From assembly GCA_963750165.1 (NCBI GenBank), contig CAVVPN010000011.1:2080001-2144000 (forward strand): 64,000 nucleotides of DNA, given 5' to 3'. Positions 49,701-57,963 of the stretch are shown piece by piece. The notes under the pieces are model-generated. The model did no database searches. It saw only the letters and a list, made by a program, of their open reading frames with translations, and had not been told where the DNA came from. Position numbers and translations under genes: made by a program. Source of the DNA: an uncultured Gemmataceae bacterium. GTDB lineage: Bacteria > Planctomycetota > Planctomycetia > Gemmatales > Gemmataceae. Position 1 is the stretch's first letter. The number at the start of each line of letters is the position of its first letter.

Positions 49701-51347
49701 CAGCCGGTCCACGCCCGCGGCCCCGACCGCGCCCGCGCCGTCACCCCGGGCAAGCACGGCGTCAAGGTCGTGCGCGGCCAGGCGGGCGGCCTGTTCCTAC
49801 CGAGCGTCGCCGTGGAGCACCAGTGGGACGCCGACACCCTGCTCGACCGCGTCTGCCTCAAGGCCGGGCTGCCCGCCTCCGCCTGGCGCGAGGACGACAC
49901 CGCCGTGTTCACCTTCGAGGGTGACGTGCTGCACGCCCCGCTGGCAGAATCCCACGAACCGCCGCCGGCGCCGGGTCCGTGCGCACCGGCGGACCTGGAG
50001 ACGCTGACGGGCCTGTGCCGCCGCAACCTGGCGGACCTGCTGCGCGGCGCCGCGCCGTGCTATTTCTTCGGCGCCGCGGACGGGTGGCTGAACGGCCTGG
50101 TCCTGTGTGTGCAGGAGCCCGGCGGCAGCGTGCTCACCTTCAGCCGGCTGTCGCTGCGGCCCGGCCTGGCCCTGCAGGCGAGCCTGTTCGGTCTGGTCCA
50201 GGCGGCCGCCCAGCACCTGGCGGCGCGCGGCACGCCGGCCGACGCAGCCGACGGCCTGGACGTGGGGTTGGCGCTGCTGTACGATCCGGTCCTGCACGGC
50301 ACCGTCGCCGACCCGCACCTGGCCGGGCTGGACCCGCGCGGCCGCGCCGCCCTGGTGCTGGAGCGCCACCACAGCGGCCTGGTGTTCGATCCGGGCTCCT
50401 CGGCCGCGGACCTGGTGCAGGGGGCGGCGGCGGCGGCGCGAGTGGGCCGGCCCGACGGCGCCCAGGTGGTGAGCCTGGCGGCGCTGACGAACCTGAGCCG
50501 CTTCCAGGTGGCGACGGTGACGCAGCCGGAGCGGGGCCCGGAGGTGCGGCCCGCCGCGGCGGCCGGCCGGTTCTACCCCGGCGACGCCGCCGGCCTGGCC
50601 GCGGCCGTGGACCAGCTGCTTGCCGGCGGCCGCAGCCCGGTGCCGTGGGCGGCGGCAATGGTGCCGCACGCCGGCTGGCGCTTCTCGGGGCGGATCGCCG
50701 CCGACGTGCTCCGGCGGCTACAGATCCCGCGCACGGTCATCGTGCTCGGCCCCAACCACACCGGCCGCGGCATGGACTGGGCGGTCACACCGCAGCAGAC
50801 GTGGGCGCTGCCCGGCGGGAGCGTCGCCGCGGACTTCCTGCTGGCGCGGCAGTTGAGCCAGGCCATCCCCGGCCTGGAAATGGACGCGGCGGCGCACTGG
50901 CAGGAGCACGCCATCGAGGTCGAGCTACCGCTGCTGGCGCGGCTGGCCCCGGAGTGCCGCGTGGTGGGCATCAGCATTGCGCAGGGCGACCTGGAGGACT
51001 GCCGGCGGTTCGCCCGCGGCCTGGCGGAGCTGCTCCGCGGCCGCGCGGATCGGCCGCTGCTGCTCGTCTCCAGTGACATGAACCACTTCGCCAGCGACGC
51101 CGAGACGCGCCGCCTGGACGCGCTGGCGCTGGCCGCGCTGGAGCGCTGCGACGCGGCGGGGCTGTACGAAACGGTGCAGCGCCACCACATCAGCATGTGC
51201 GGCGTGTTGCCGGCGGTGATCGTGCTGCAGACGCTGCAGCTGCTGGGCGGCGGCACGCGGGCGGAGCGCGTCGGTTACGCCACGACCGCGGACGTGACCG
51301 GGGACCGCAGCCGCGTGGTCGGCTACGCCGGCATGCTGTTCGACTGA
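46773..51347 (+). CDS. amrS: AmmeMemoRadiSam ORF: radical SAM AmrS (intein-split) fused to AMMECR1/AmrA domain(s) and MEMO/AmrB
   Basis: CLACGHRC, GICKVR, DPVEKKPFFHVYPG, CDLHCSY//CQNW, SYNEPLI, WLEVVTLVIPGFND; GAFVSL...LRACCG...DERFPPV...GLFLPSVAVE; VRPAAAAGRFYP, VPHAGW, GPNH, EHAIEVELP, SSDMNH, SMCG, VVGYAG. Confidence 0.93.
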   Translation: MPMKNTLANPSLAEQLDRQTSAAAAALVRAEGDRLRCLACGHRCLLGADQRGICKVRFRDQDELRVPFGYVAGLQCDPVEKKPFFHVYPGSDALTFGMMGCDLHCSYCFTGDTQVVTDRGPITLAEAFALAERVEKTHDAEVAFPDGLHAVAASGTLRRVRGVFRHRYRGPLTVLRPYYLPALRCTPDHRVYATDDVTRPPELIRAGQLTAAHYLAIPRHYAFGKNQVVDVAQELAAHGVTYRVPWDLPAETRQALAEATARGETSRQIGARLDKHPSYIRHVRSKLQRGRATDTRTAGMILEGGTVRFPNEHRPGIAAQLPLDVDLARLLGYYCAEGWVSGSTNRPNSHTLNFSFSHGEADLVAEICELLKRCLGVKPLRVRRDTTLAVSVSRTSAALLFKYLAGSRSGGKRVPRQLFEAPREIIEAFLEAYRRGDGHRYANGKTGATTVSRQLAHGIAWLALRLGYLPSIYDTPMSETGFLQGRPVKRSAHQYSVVWYVDSLVARKVVETEAFHLIPLRESTTLDHDSDVYNMEVEEEHNYLAGFFLVSNCQNWITSQALRDESAVAPVRLVTPVQLIEVGRRERARLVVSSYNEPLITAEWAVAVFEQATKAGLACAFVSNGNATPEVLDFLRPWVCAYKIDLKTFNDRHYRKLGGTLDSITAAVRMVHARGIWLEVVTLVIPGFNDSDDELRQTARFLASVSPDIPWHVTAFHKDYRMTDPEATPAATLVRAAEIGTAAGLRFVYAGNLPGRVGPWEDTRCPACHATVIERTGYLIRAYRLGSDGSCPRCRFQLPGVWPGAGDIVKTGNDHTAYLSRLPRPVAPAPAPLSALQDRRQGLPLVPPPDGGMPAMIATTPAAPAVGGRPDLGPEHRHSVLAAATALLRQVVGGQAAAFPAEHAAVADLPVAGAFVSLKRGRHLRACCGSLGPPQPLHRALVHAADRAVWEDERFPPVSATELGHLDLEVWLLFDPQPVHARGPDRARAVTPGKHGVKVVRGQAGGLFLPSVAVEHQWDADTLLDRVCLKAGLPASAWREDDTAVFTFEGDVLHAPLAESHEPPPAPGPCAPADLETLTGLCRRNLADLLRGAAPCYFFGAADGWLNGLVLCVQEPGGSVLTFSRLSLRPGLALQASLFGLVQAAAQHLAARGTPADAADGLDVGLALLYDPVLHGTVADPHLAGLDPRGRAALVLERHHSGLVFDPGSSAADLVQGAAAAARVGRPDGAQVVSLAALTNLSRFQVATVTQPERGPEVRPAAAAGRFYPGDAAGLAAAVDQLLAGGRSPVPWAAAMVPHAGWRFSGRIAADVLRRLQIPRTVIVLGPNHTGRGMDWAVTPQQTWALPGGSVAADFLLARQLSQAIPGLEMDAAAHWQEHAIEVELPLLARLAPECRVVGISIAQGDLEDCRRFARGLAELLRGRADRPLLLVSSDMNHFASDAETRRLDALALAALERCDAAGLYETVQRHHISMCGVLPAVIVLQTLQLLGGGTRAERVGYATTADVTGDRSRVVGYAGMLFD
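47094..48428 (+). mobile_element. Intein (445 aa) with LAGLIDADG homing endonuclease
   Basis: Block A CFTGDTQV; block B TPDHRVY; LARLLGYYCAEGWV and FLEAYRRGDGH; blocks F/G VYNMEVEEEHNYLAGFFLVSN followed by Cys+1; removal restores CxxxCxxC. Confidence 0.95.
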
Positions 51348-51439
51348 GTCAGCCGGTCCAATGTTGGAGCTGGCCAGGCCCTTTGCATGACGGCCCGTAG
51401 CACCGCCAGCGCGTCACTCCTCCCCAGGGGGAACTGCCA

Positions 51440-53041
51440 ATGAACTGGTATGGCTGGACAGCGCGCGCGTCCCTGGCCGCTCTCGCCGCGGTGGCCGCGC
51501 TCCTCGCCTTCTCCCGCGGGAGCTTTCCGGAGTCGGCCGGGGGCGATGTCCAGCCGGAAGCGGCCGGCATCTGGGCCGGGATCCGGGTCCTCGACGCGGC
51601 CAGCGGCCGGGCCGTGCCGCTGGTTGAACTGGAGACGGTGAACGGTCTGAAGTTCGTCACCGACAACGACGGCCGGGTGGCGTTCCACGAACCGGGGCTG
51701 ATGGGCCGCGCGGTGTTCTTCTCCGTCCGCAGCCACGGCTACGAAGTCCGCAAGGACGGGTTCGGCTACGCTGGCGTTCGCGTTACGCCGCGGGCCGGCA
51801 AGACGGTGGAGATCAAGGTTACCCGAAGGATCCTCGCCGAACGCCTGTGCCGGCTGACCGGAGAAGGGCTTTACCGGGACAGCCTGTTACTGGGTCACAA
51901 ACCGCCCCTCCCCGCGTCCCCCCACCCCGGCCGCGTGGCCGGCCAGGATTCCGTTCAGGCGGCCGTCTACCGGGACAGGGTGTACTGGTTCTGGGGCGAC
52001 ACCAACCGGATGGATTACCCGCTCGGACTATTTCGCACTGCCGGGGCGACCACCCCGGTTCCCGACCCGAAGAACCCAAAGAGCGACCCGGCCAACGGCA
52101 TTGCCTACGACTACTTCACGGACCCCAAAACAGGCTTTGCCCGCGCGATGATGCCGCTGGCGGAGCGCCCCGAAGGGGTGGTGTGGGTCAGCGCTGTCTG
52201 CGTCGTGCCGGATGGGAAAGGGACGGACAAACTCGTCTGCCACTACTCAAGGCGCAAGGGACTGGCGAAGGAACTGGAGCAAGGGATCGCGATTTTCGAT
52301 GACGAGAAGGCCGTGTTCAAGCCGGCCGTGCAACTGCCGCTGACCGAGAGTTGGCGGCGGCCGCAGGGCCACCCGATCCTCCACGAAGAAGGGGGAACCC
52401 AATGGCTGTTGTTCGGCAGCCCGACCCCGAACGTTCGCGTGGCCGCCACGCTGAAGGCGGTTCTCGACCCGACCCAGTACGAGGCGTTCACCTGTTTCCG
52501 GGCCGTCGCTGGCAAGCCACAGGGGCCGGACCTCGGGAAAGACGGCAAACCGGTTTGGCGGTGGCAAAAGGAACTGCCGCCGGTCAATTCGCGTGTGGAG
52601 CAGCGGTGGGTGAAGGCGAAGAAGCTGAATCCTGAGCACGCGCGGTTTTTGCCGGCCGATGCCGCCGCCCCCGCAGACCGGGTGGTGCTGCACAGTGGGT
52701 CGGTGCGCTGGAACGGCTACCGGAAGCGGTGGGTGCTGGTGGCCGGGCAGGTCGATGGCAAGACGTCCTTCCTGGGGGAGGTGTGGTACGCCGAGGCGCA
52801 CAGCCCCCTGGGCCCGTTCACCCGGGCCGTGAAGGTGCTGACGCACGATCGGCAATCGTTCTACAACGTTTGTCACCACGCATTCCTGGACCGCGACGGA
52901 GGCAGGACGATCCACTTCGAGGGGACGTACACCAACGACTTCTCGGGAAACCCCGAGAAGACGCCGCGCTACAACTATAACCAGGTGCTTTATCGGCTCG
53001 ATCTGGGGGCGGCGGGGTTGCGGGCCGCCCGCGTCGAGTGA
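51440..53041 (+). CDS. Secreted hypothetical protein (beta-sandwich plus possible beta-propeller hydrolase-like domain)
   Basis: 533-aa ORF, signal-peptide-like N-terminus, IRVLDAASGRAVPLVEL, YWFWGDT motif. Confidence 0.7.
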   Translation: MNWYGWTARASLAALAAVAALLAFSRGSFPESAGGDVQPEAAGIWAGIRVLDAASGRAVPLVELETVNGLKFVTDNDGRVAFHEPGLMGRAVFFSVRSHGYEVRKDGFGYAGVRVTPRAGKTVEIKVTRRILAERLCRLTGEGLYRDSLLLGHKPPLPASPHPGRVAGQDSVQAAVYRDRVYWFWGDTNRMDYPLGLFRTAGATTPVPDPKNPKSDPANGIAYDYFTDPKTGFARAMMPLAERPEGVVWVSAVCVVPDGKGTDKLVCHYSRRKGLAKELEQGIAIFDDEKAVFKPAVQLPLTESWRRPQGHPILHEEGGTQWLLFGSPTPNVRVAATLKAVLDPTQYEAFTCFRAVAGKPQGPDLGKDGKPVWRWQKELPPVNSRVEQRWVKAKKLNPEHARFLPADAAAPADRVVLHSGSVRWNGYRKRWVLVAGQVDGKTSFLGEVWYAEAHSPLGPFTRAVKVLTHDRQSFYNVCHHAFLDRDGGRTIHFEGTYTNDFSGNPEKTPRYNYNQVLYRLDLGAAGLRAARVE

Positions 53042-53172
53042 GGCGCCGTCCTGGCCGATGCCTTTCCTCTCGGCGTCCGTCAGACCATGTTCTCCACGGT
53101 CTTCGTGCCGTGGCCCCATTGAAGCCTGTTCAGACAGTGCCAGATGGTCGTTAAGAACGTTCGGAAGCAAAG

Positions 53173-53322
53173 AACCACGGAGCACACGGGAGCACGTAGC
53201 GCCCGGGGGTAGCGGAACTCGCCAGACTTCCGAGCGGCGTCGGACGGAAGTCTGGCGACTTCCGCTACTCCCCAACGCCGCGCGCTAACCATGTTCTATC
53301 TTCATCCGTGGGATCCGTGGTT
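53173..53322. repeat. GTAG-type REP doublet (53209-53268) nested within aaccacgga/tccgtggtt inverted repeats
   Basis: gtagcggaactcgccagacttccg...cggaagtctggcgacttccgctac; outer aaccacgga (53173) and tccgtggtt (~53314). Confidence 0.8.
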
Positions 53323-53390
53323 CCCGCTTTCCGAACGCGCTAAACCGCCAGCGGCGGCATAGAAGTTGGCCTGTGAAAAACCCCTTCTTG

Positions 53391-54188
53391 CTACTTCTCC
53401 TTTTGCTTACCATCGGCGTTGTCCAGAACAGGGAGAGGAATTGCTCTGATGACAGGAGTCGTGATTGCGGACAGCGCTTCTTCCGCTGCGTTGCGATCCT
53501 TAAATTTCCCCGCTTGCATATCCTGCCAGAATGGTTCCGTGGCCTTTTCCACTGCGGCACGCACCGTTCTGCAGTAAAGTTCCATCCTGGCAAATGCTGC
53601 GGCAGCTCTATCAAAATTCACCTCAGACACGGTGACTTCTGCCTCCCTTCCATCCGGCCCTTTCTTGATGATCTTCTCGCCCGTGGTATCCGCTGCGAAG
53701 AGCGCGATTTTCCAGGCACCACACTCCTGGACTGCAAGCCACTTTGATTCCAGCACGTAAGGACGGTGGAGTCCAGGCGGCCTCCATCGATTTGCGTCGG
53801 TCGTCCAAACGGTCAAAATCACCTTGCCGTCCGTGCGATTTTCTTTGTCAACGACCTGGATGATTTCCCGTTCCCTCAGCGCGTCCAAAAATGAGTGCTC
53901 CGGAGACGGGTTGCGGCTTTTGCCGAACTGTGCATCGAACGTCTTGTGCCAGTCCCTTTCCAGCGCCTCAAAGGCAATTTCTTCGCGGAGGGCTTCAAAA
54001 GCGGGTGACCCAAGTTGACTGAGAAACTGTTCCGCGTCACCTGCCCGAATGGCCGTCATCAGGTTTTGCACCGCCTCTTCCGGCGACTTCGCCGGCGGCA
54101 GTTGCTCGCCGGCCTGTCCCGGGGCAACGGCCAGCAGCATCGACACCACCAGTCCAGCGAAAACGGCCAGCTTGCGCAAACGGGGCAT
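53391..54188 (-). CDS. Hypothetical secreted protein
   Basis: GGAGGAG RBS before ATG 54188; signal peptide MPRLRKLAVFAGLVVSMLLAVAPGQA. Confidence 0.7.
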   Translation of the reverse strand: MPRLRKLAVFAGLVVSMLLAVAPGQAGEQLPPAKSPEEAVQNLMTAIRAGDAEQFLSQLGSPAFEALREEIAFEALERDWHKTFDAQFGKSRNPSPEHSFLDALREREIIQVVDKENRTDGKVILTVWTTDANRWRPPGLHRPYVLESKWLAVQECGAWKIALFAADTTGEKIIKKGPDGREAEVTVSEVNFDRAAAAFARMELYCRTVRAAVEKATEPFWQDMQAGKFKDRNAAEEALSAITTPVIRAIPLPVLDNADGKQKEK

Positions 54189-54462
54189 GATAACACTCCT
54201 CCCAGGCGGTTTCGGTTGTCCCGCAACCACGGCGGCGCACACTACCTCATTTTTCCCAGGAGCAACAGACCAACTGCGCCCTTGACCCGCCGATAGAATG
54301 GTGCGGGCAGAGCCTCGCTGGCTTCCGACAAGGGCGAGGCCATCCCACCCCGGCACGAAGCCATTTCCCATCGACAGGACCGTCATCGCGCTTCCACCAT
54401 CACCACGCCCCGTCCGCCCGCGCTCTCGCTGCGCGCCGCGGCCGCCGAGGAGGGATTCCGCA

Positions 54463-55749
54463 ATGGCTCGCAAGAAGACCGAGAAGTGCTGCGACTTCTG
54501 CAACCGTAGTTACAAGGAGGTCGGCCCGCTCGTCGAGGGCGGCGGCAGCGCCGCCAACGGCTCCAACCCCCCCGCCCATGTGTTCATCTGCGCCGCCTGT
54601 GCCGAGACCGCCCTGGACATCGTTCGCCTGGAAGGGGCCGGCACCATCACCTCCACGGCCCGCAAGCCGGACTTCCGCATCCCGACGCCGCGTGAAATCG
54701 TACAGCACCTGGACCGGCACGTCGTCGGCCAGACGCGGGCCAAGAAGGTGCTCGCGGTCGCCGTGACCAACCATTACAAGCGCCTGAAGGATGCCCGTCA
54801 GCCGCGCCACCAGGCCACCGACCCCATCGACCGCGTCCGCCTGGAAAAGAGCAACGTCCTGCTGCTCGGCCCGACCGGCTGCGGCAAAACGCTGCTGGCC
54901 CGCACGCTGGCGCAGCTGCTGCAGGTGCCATTCGCCATCGGCGACGCCACGACGCTGACCGAGGCCGGCTACGTCGGTGACGACGTGGAAAACCTGCTGG
55001 TGCGCCTGCTGCAAGCGTGCGACTACGACATCAGCGCCGCCCAGAGTGGTATCCTGTACGTCGATGAGATCGACAAGATCGCCCGCAGCGGTCACAACGT
55101 CAACATCACCCGCGACGTGTCCGGCGAGGGCGTGCAGCAGGCGCTGCTGAAGATGCTCGAAGGCACCGTCGCCAACGTGCCGCCGCAGGGCGGCCGCAAG
55201 CACCCCGAGCAGCAGTGCCTGCGCGTCGATACCACCAACATGCTCTTCATCTGCGGCGGCGCGTTCTCCGGCCTGGACGAGGTGGTGGGCCGGCGCGTCG
55301 GCCGGCGGGCGCTGGGCTTCGGCGCCGCGCCGGAGCCGGAGCGGCAGCGCGACCAGCTGCTGGCGCAGGTGCGGCCGGCGGATCTGATCGAGTTCGGCCT
55401 GATCCCGGAGTTCATCGGCCGGCTGCCGGTGGTCGCGGCGGTGGAGGAGCTGGACGAGGCGACGCTGGCGCGCGTGCTGACCGAACCGGAGGACGCCCTG
55501 TTGCGACAGTATCAGAAGCTGTTCCGCCTGGACGGCGTGCGGCTGGAATTCACGGACGCGGCAGTGCGCGAGGTCGCGGCGCTGGCGCAAGCGCGTGGCA
55601 CCGGGGCGCGCGGGCTGCGCGGCGTCGTCGAGGACCTGATGCTGGAATTGCAGTTCGCGCTGCCGGACTACCCCGGCAGCACGTGCGTCATCACGGATCG
55701 GGTGGTGCGCGGCGAGGAGCCGTTGCCATTGCTGGCCCGGGCGGCGTGA
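54463..55749 (+). CDS. clpX: ATP-dependent Clp protease ATP-binding subunit ClpX
   Basis: C4 zinc finger CDFC...[57 protein letters not shown] loop, GARGLR. Confidence 0.95.
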   Translation: MARKKTEKCCDFCNRSYKEVGPLVEGGGSAANGSNPPAHVFICAACAETALDIVRLEGAGTITSTARKPDFRIPTPREIVQHLDRHVVGQTRAKKVLAVAVTNHYKRLKDARQPRHQATDPIDRVRLEKSNVLLLGPTGCGKTLLARTLAQLLQVPFAIGDATTLTEAGYVGDDVENLLVRLLQACDYDISAAQSGILYVDEIDKIARSGHNVNITRDVSGEGVQQALLKMLEGTVANVPPQGGRKHPEQQCLRVDTTNMLFICGGAFSGLDEVVGRRVGRRALGFGAAPEPERQRDQLLAQVRPADLIEFGLIPEFIGRLPVVAAVEELDEATLARVLTEPEDALLRQYQKLFRLDGVRLEFTDAAVREVAALAQARGTGARGLRGVVEDLMLELQFALPDYPGSTCVITDRVVRGEEPLPLLARAA

Positions 55750-55751
55750 GG

Positions 55752-55811
55752 AAAAAAACATCCGGAAGCGTGCAAGTTCCAGGGGGGCTCGGAACTCACG
55801 CCGCTTCCGGA
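55752..55811 (-). terminator. Hairpin with U-tract on the minus strand (may act bidirectionally after clpX)
   Basis: tccggaagcg...cgcttccgga stem with inner agttcc/ggaact; A7 run at 55752-55758 reads as a U-tract on the minus strand. Confidence 0.6.
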
Positions 55812-56088
55812 AGGTTCGGCACTGATTCAGGAAAGGAAATCCACCTGCACGCCAGCCCGCGCTGTCCACGACCTTGGTGGTGGAAAATCGTCGTACCCAG
55901 AAACGGGTTTATCAAACACGCACCTGTCAACGAATCAAGAAAATGGAAGATTGACAGGTCTACTGTTATTATAGGCACGCCCCGACAAAGGCAACACCCG
56001 GCAAATGATATTCTTCGCTGATTTGGAACCGTCGTACTCACCACTACTGAAGACAGGAAAAATCGCCAGTAGAGTAATGGTGTTGGTT

Positions 56089-56118
56089 AATATACGACGA
56101 TCTGCAAACGAGTGTCAA
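56089..56118 (-). promoter_or_regulatory. Sigma70-like promoter
   Basis: Minus strand TTGACA-N18-TATATT. Confidence 0.5.
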
Positions 56119-56207
56119 GCAGAAAAGCGAGAAAATCTTGCCGTTTCGCCGTTCCCTCGTGCCGCCGCCCCAGCGCCCCTGTCTGCGCCCTGGAGCGCGA
56201 GGTGGAT

Positions 56208-56274
56208 GGGGGTAGCGGAAGTCGCCAGACTTCCGTCCGTGCTGCTCGGAAGTCTGGCGACTTCCGCTACCCCC
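56208..56274. repeat. GTAG-type REP doublet, same family as 53209-53268
   Basis: ggggtagcggaagtcgccagacttccg...cggaagtctggcgacttccgctacccc. Confidence 0.85.
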
Positions 56275-56606
56275 GAGGGCCAACCGCCCTAATTTTTTTT
56301 CGCCGCCCGCAGTCGGTCGCGGTGGACGCGGGCCACGTCCCATGATTATCGTAATACGTTGCTCCGCTTGCTTACCGTGACGTATCGGGTGGCCTGACTC
56401 CCGGCCCGCCCCGCCCACAATGCCCTGGCGGGGCATTGTGGGCCATTCTAGGGGGGTATCTGGGCGGGCGGCAACGGATTGCCCTGAGCCGCGTAAAATG
56501 AATGCAACGGGACGGCCGGAGTAGCTACCGGCTCGGCTCGCCCGGTCGGACGTGCAGCATCCTCTCACGCCGGTCGGGCGAGCGCTTCCCGCCTAGAGGA
56601 TGCACC

Positions 56607-57206
56607 ATGTTCGATGACCTTCCTCCCGTCGATGGACACGTCACCATCAGGATCGAACAGCCGCGCCTCCAAGTCCGCCAAAAGTTGATGGAAGCCTTGG
56701 CGCGGGAGCGGATCATCCTGGAACTCTGGGGGCCGCTAGTGCCGAACGAATTCGATTTTGGCGCGACGACGCGCGACCTGTGGGAGTTGTGGTGCGCCGA
56801 GGTAGGGGAACTGAGAGCGCCCCCGCCGAGGCCGACCCCGAGGAACTACCAGGAGACGGCCGACGCGCTTGATCTATTCCAACGCGCAGTTGATGCGCTG
56901 CCCGACTCAACGCCGCCAACACCGCCCCTTGCCCCTCGGCTAACCCTCGACCGTGATACCCTTACCGTCACACTCGACGGCGAGTCATACACCCTCGAAG
57001 ACCCGACCACCTTCCTGCTTTACGCGGCGGTCGTTGAAGCCGAACAACCCCCCATCACTGCGGACACCATTCGCGGCAAGGTCAAGGGGCTGAACGGCAG
57101 CAAGGCGGTCGTGAAGCGGATAGCCTCCCTCCCCGATTCCCTGCGGCAGATCATCAAGAGCGCCCCCGGCCGCGGTTACTGGTTCCAGCTCCCACCGTTG
57201 TCATGA
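56607..57206 (+). CDS. Putative regulator with C-terminal OmpR/PhoB-like winged helix
   Basis: LTLDRDTLTVTLDGESYTL...FLLYAAVVEAEQPPIT...IIKSAPGRGYWFQL resembles Trans_reg_C (ends I-x-T/S-x-x-G-x-G-Y). Confidence 0.55.
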   Translation: MFDDLPPVDGHVTIRIEQPRLQVRQKLMEALARERIILELWGPLVPNEFDFGATTRDLWELWCAEVGELRAPPPRPTPRNYQETADALDLFQRAVDALPDSTPPTPPLAPRLTLDRDTLTVTLDGESYTLEDPTTFLLYAAVVEAEQPPITADTIRGKVKGLNGSKAVVKRIASLPDSLRQIIKSAPGRGYWFQLPPLS

Positions 57207-57216
57207 AAAAAAAGTT

Positions 57217-57280
57217 CCCAAGTAGGCCCCAAGTAGGCCCTAAGTGGGCCGTTGCACGAATCCCCATTTTTCGGCAAAAT
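57217..57280 (+). promoter_or_regulatory. Three 11-bp direct repeats abutting a sigma70-like promoter
   Basis: cccaagtaggc x2 plus cctaagtgggc (57217-57249); TTGCAC(57252)-N17-CAAAAT(57275). Confidence 0.7.
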
Positions 57281-57318
57281 GCCTCACGTTGACAACCCAT
57301 TGTCACCGGGAGGCATCC

Positions 57319-57570
57319 ATGTCCACCACGACCACGCATATCCGCATCGAGCCTGACGGCATCTATGACGATCTGGCGCTGTACCAGGCGCTGGGCATCA
57401 GCACGGCGACACTGGCGCGCTCCCGCAGCGACGGCAGCTTGCGATACACGCGCAAAGGGAACCGCACCCTGTACCTGGGGCGCTGGGTGTTGGCGTGGTT
57501 GACTGCCGGCGTCGATGACCTGCCCGACGAGGACCGCCAGACGGTTGCCGCGAACGCTGCTGAGAAGTGA
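57319..57570 (+). CDS. Excisionase/AlpA-like helix-turn-helix protein
   Basis: GGAGG RBS; LYQALGISTATLARSRSDGSLRYTRKGNRTLYLGRWVLAWL. Confidence 0.7.
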   Translation: MSTTTTHIRIEPDGIYDDLALYQALGISTATLARSRSDGSLRYTRKGNRTLYLGRWVLAWLTAGVDDLPDEDRQTVAANAAEK

Positions 57571-57638
57571 AAACGGCAACCGTGCTGGGGTCACGTCCGG
57601 CACGGTTGCCTCAATCCGAAAGCACAGGGTACACAACC

Positions 57639-57959
57639 ATGATAACGCATCCTCCCCGCCCCGGCGACGGCCAGCCGCAATCGCGCTTCGCCGCGAAGAT
57701 AGCGGCCCTCAACGCTCTCGACCTGCCCCACCCCGACACTGGCAAGCCGTGTCCGCCCGTCCCACGCCCATTTCGGTTGCCCTTTGGCCGCTACCGAGGA
57801 CTTCCGCTCTCCCAGATACCGGCGGACTACCTGCTGTGGGTGTTGCGGGTGGTCAAGTTGTCCAGGGGTCTGCGTGCCGCCGTGTCCGACGAGTTGGCCT
57901 GTCGGGATATGTTCCCGCCCCTGCCGCCCGACACCCGTGTCGTCGGGAAGGGGGGCTGA
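57639..57959 (+). CDS. DUF3820-like small protein
   Basis: LPFGRYRGLPLSQIPADYLLWV. Confidence 0.7.
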   Translation: MITHPPRPGDGQPQSRFAAKIAALNALDLPHPDTGKPCPPVPRPFRLPFGRYRGLPLSQIPADYLLWVLRVVKLSRGLRAAVSDELACRDMFPPLPPDTRVVGKGG

Positions 57960-57963
57960 CACT

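Noticed and set aside
55951..55980. Plus-strand TTGACA promoter
   Set aside because: No -10 hexamer at 16-18 bp spacing; better explained as one arm of an inverted repeat
56275..56606. tRNA or identifiable att site at the element boundary
   Set aside because: No cloverleaf or T-loop motif found, and the other end of the element is outside the window, so no att repeat can be verified
57217..57249. Direct repeats as a CRISPR array
   Set aside because: Only 11 bp, no spacers, no cas genes; no CRISPR array seen anywhere in the window
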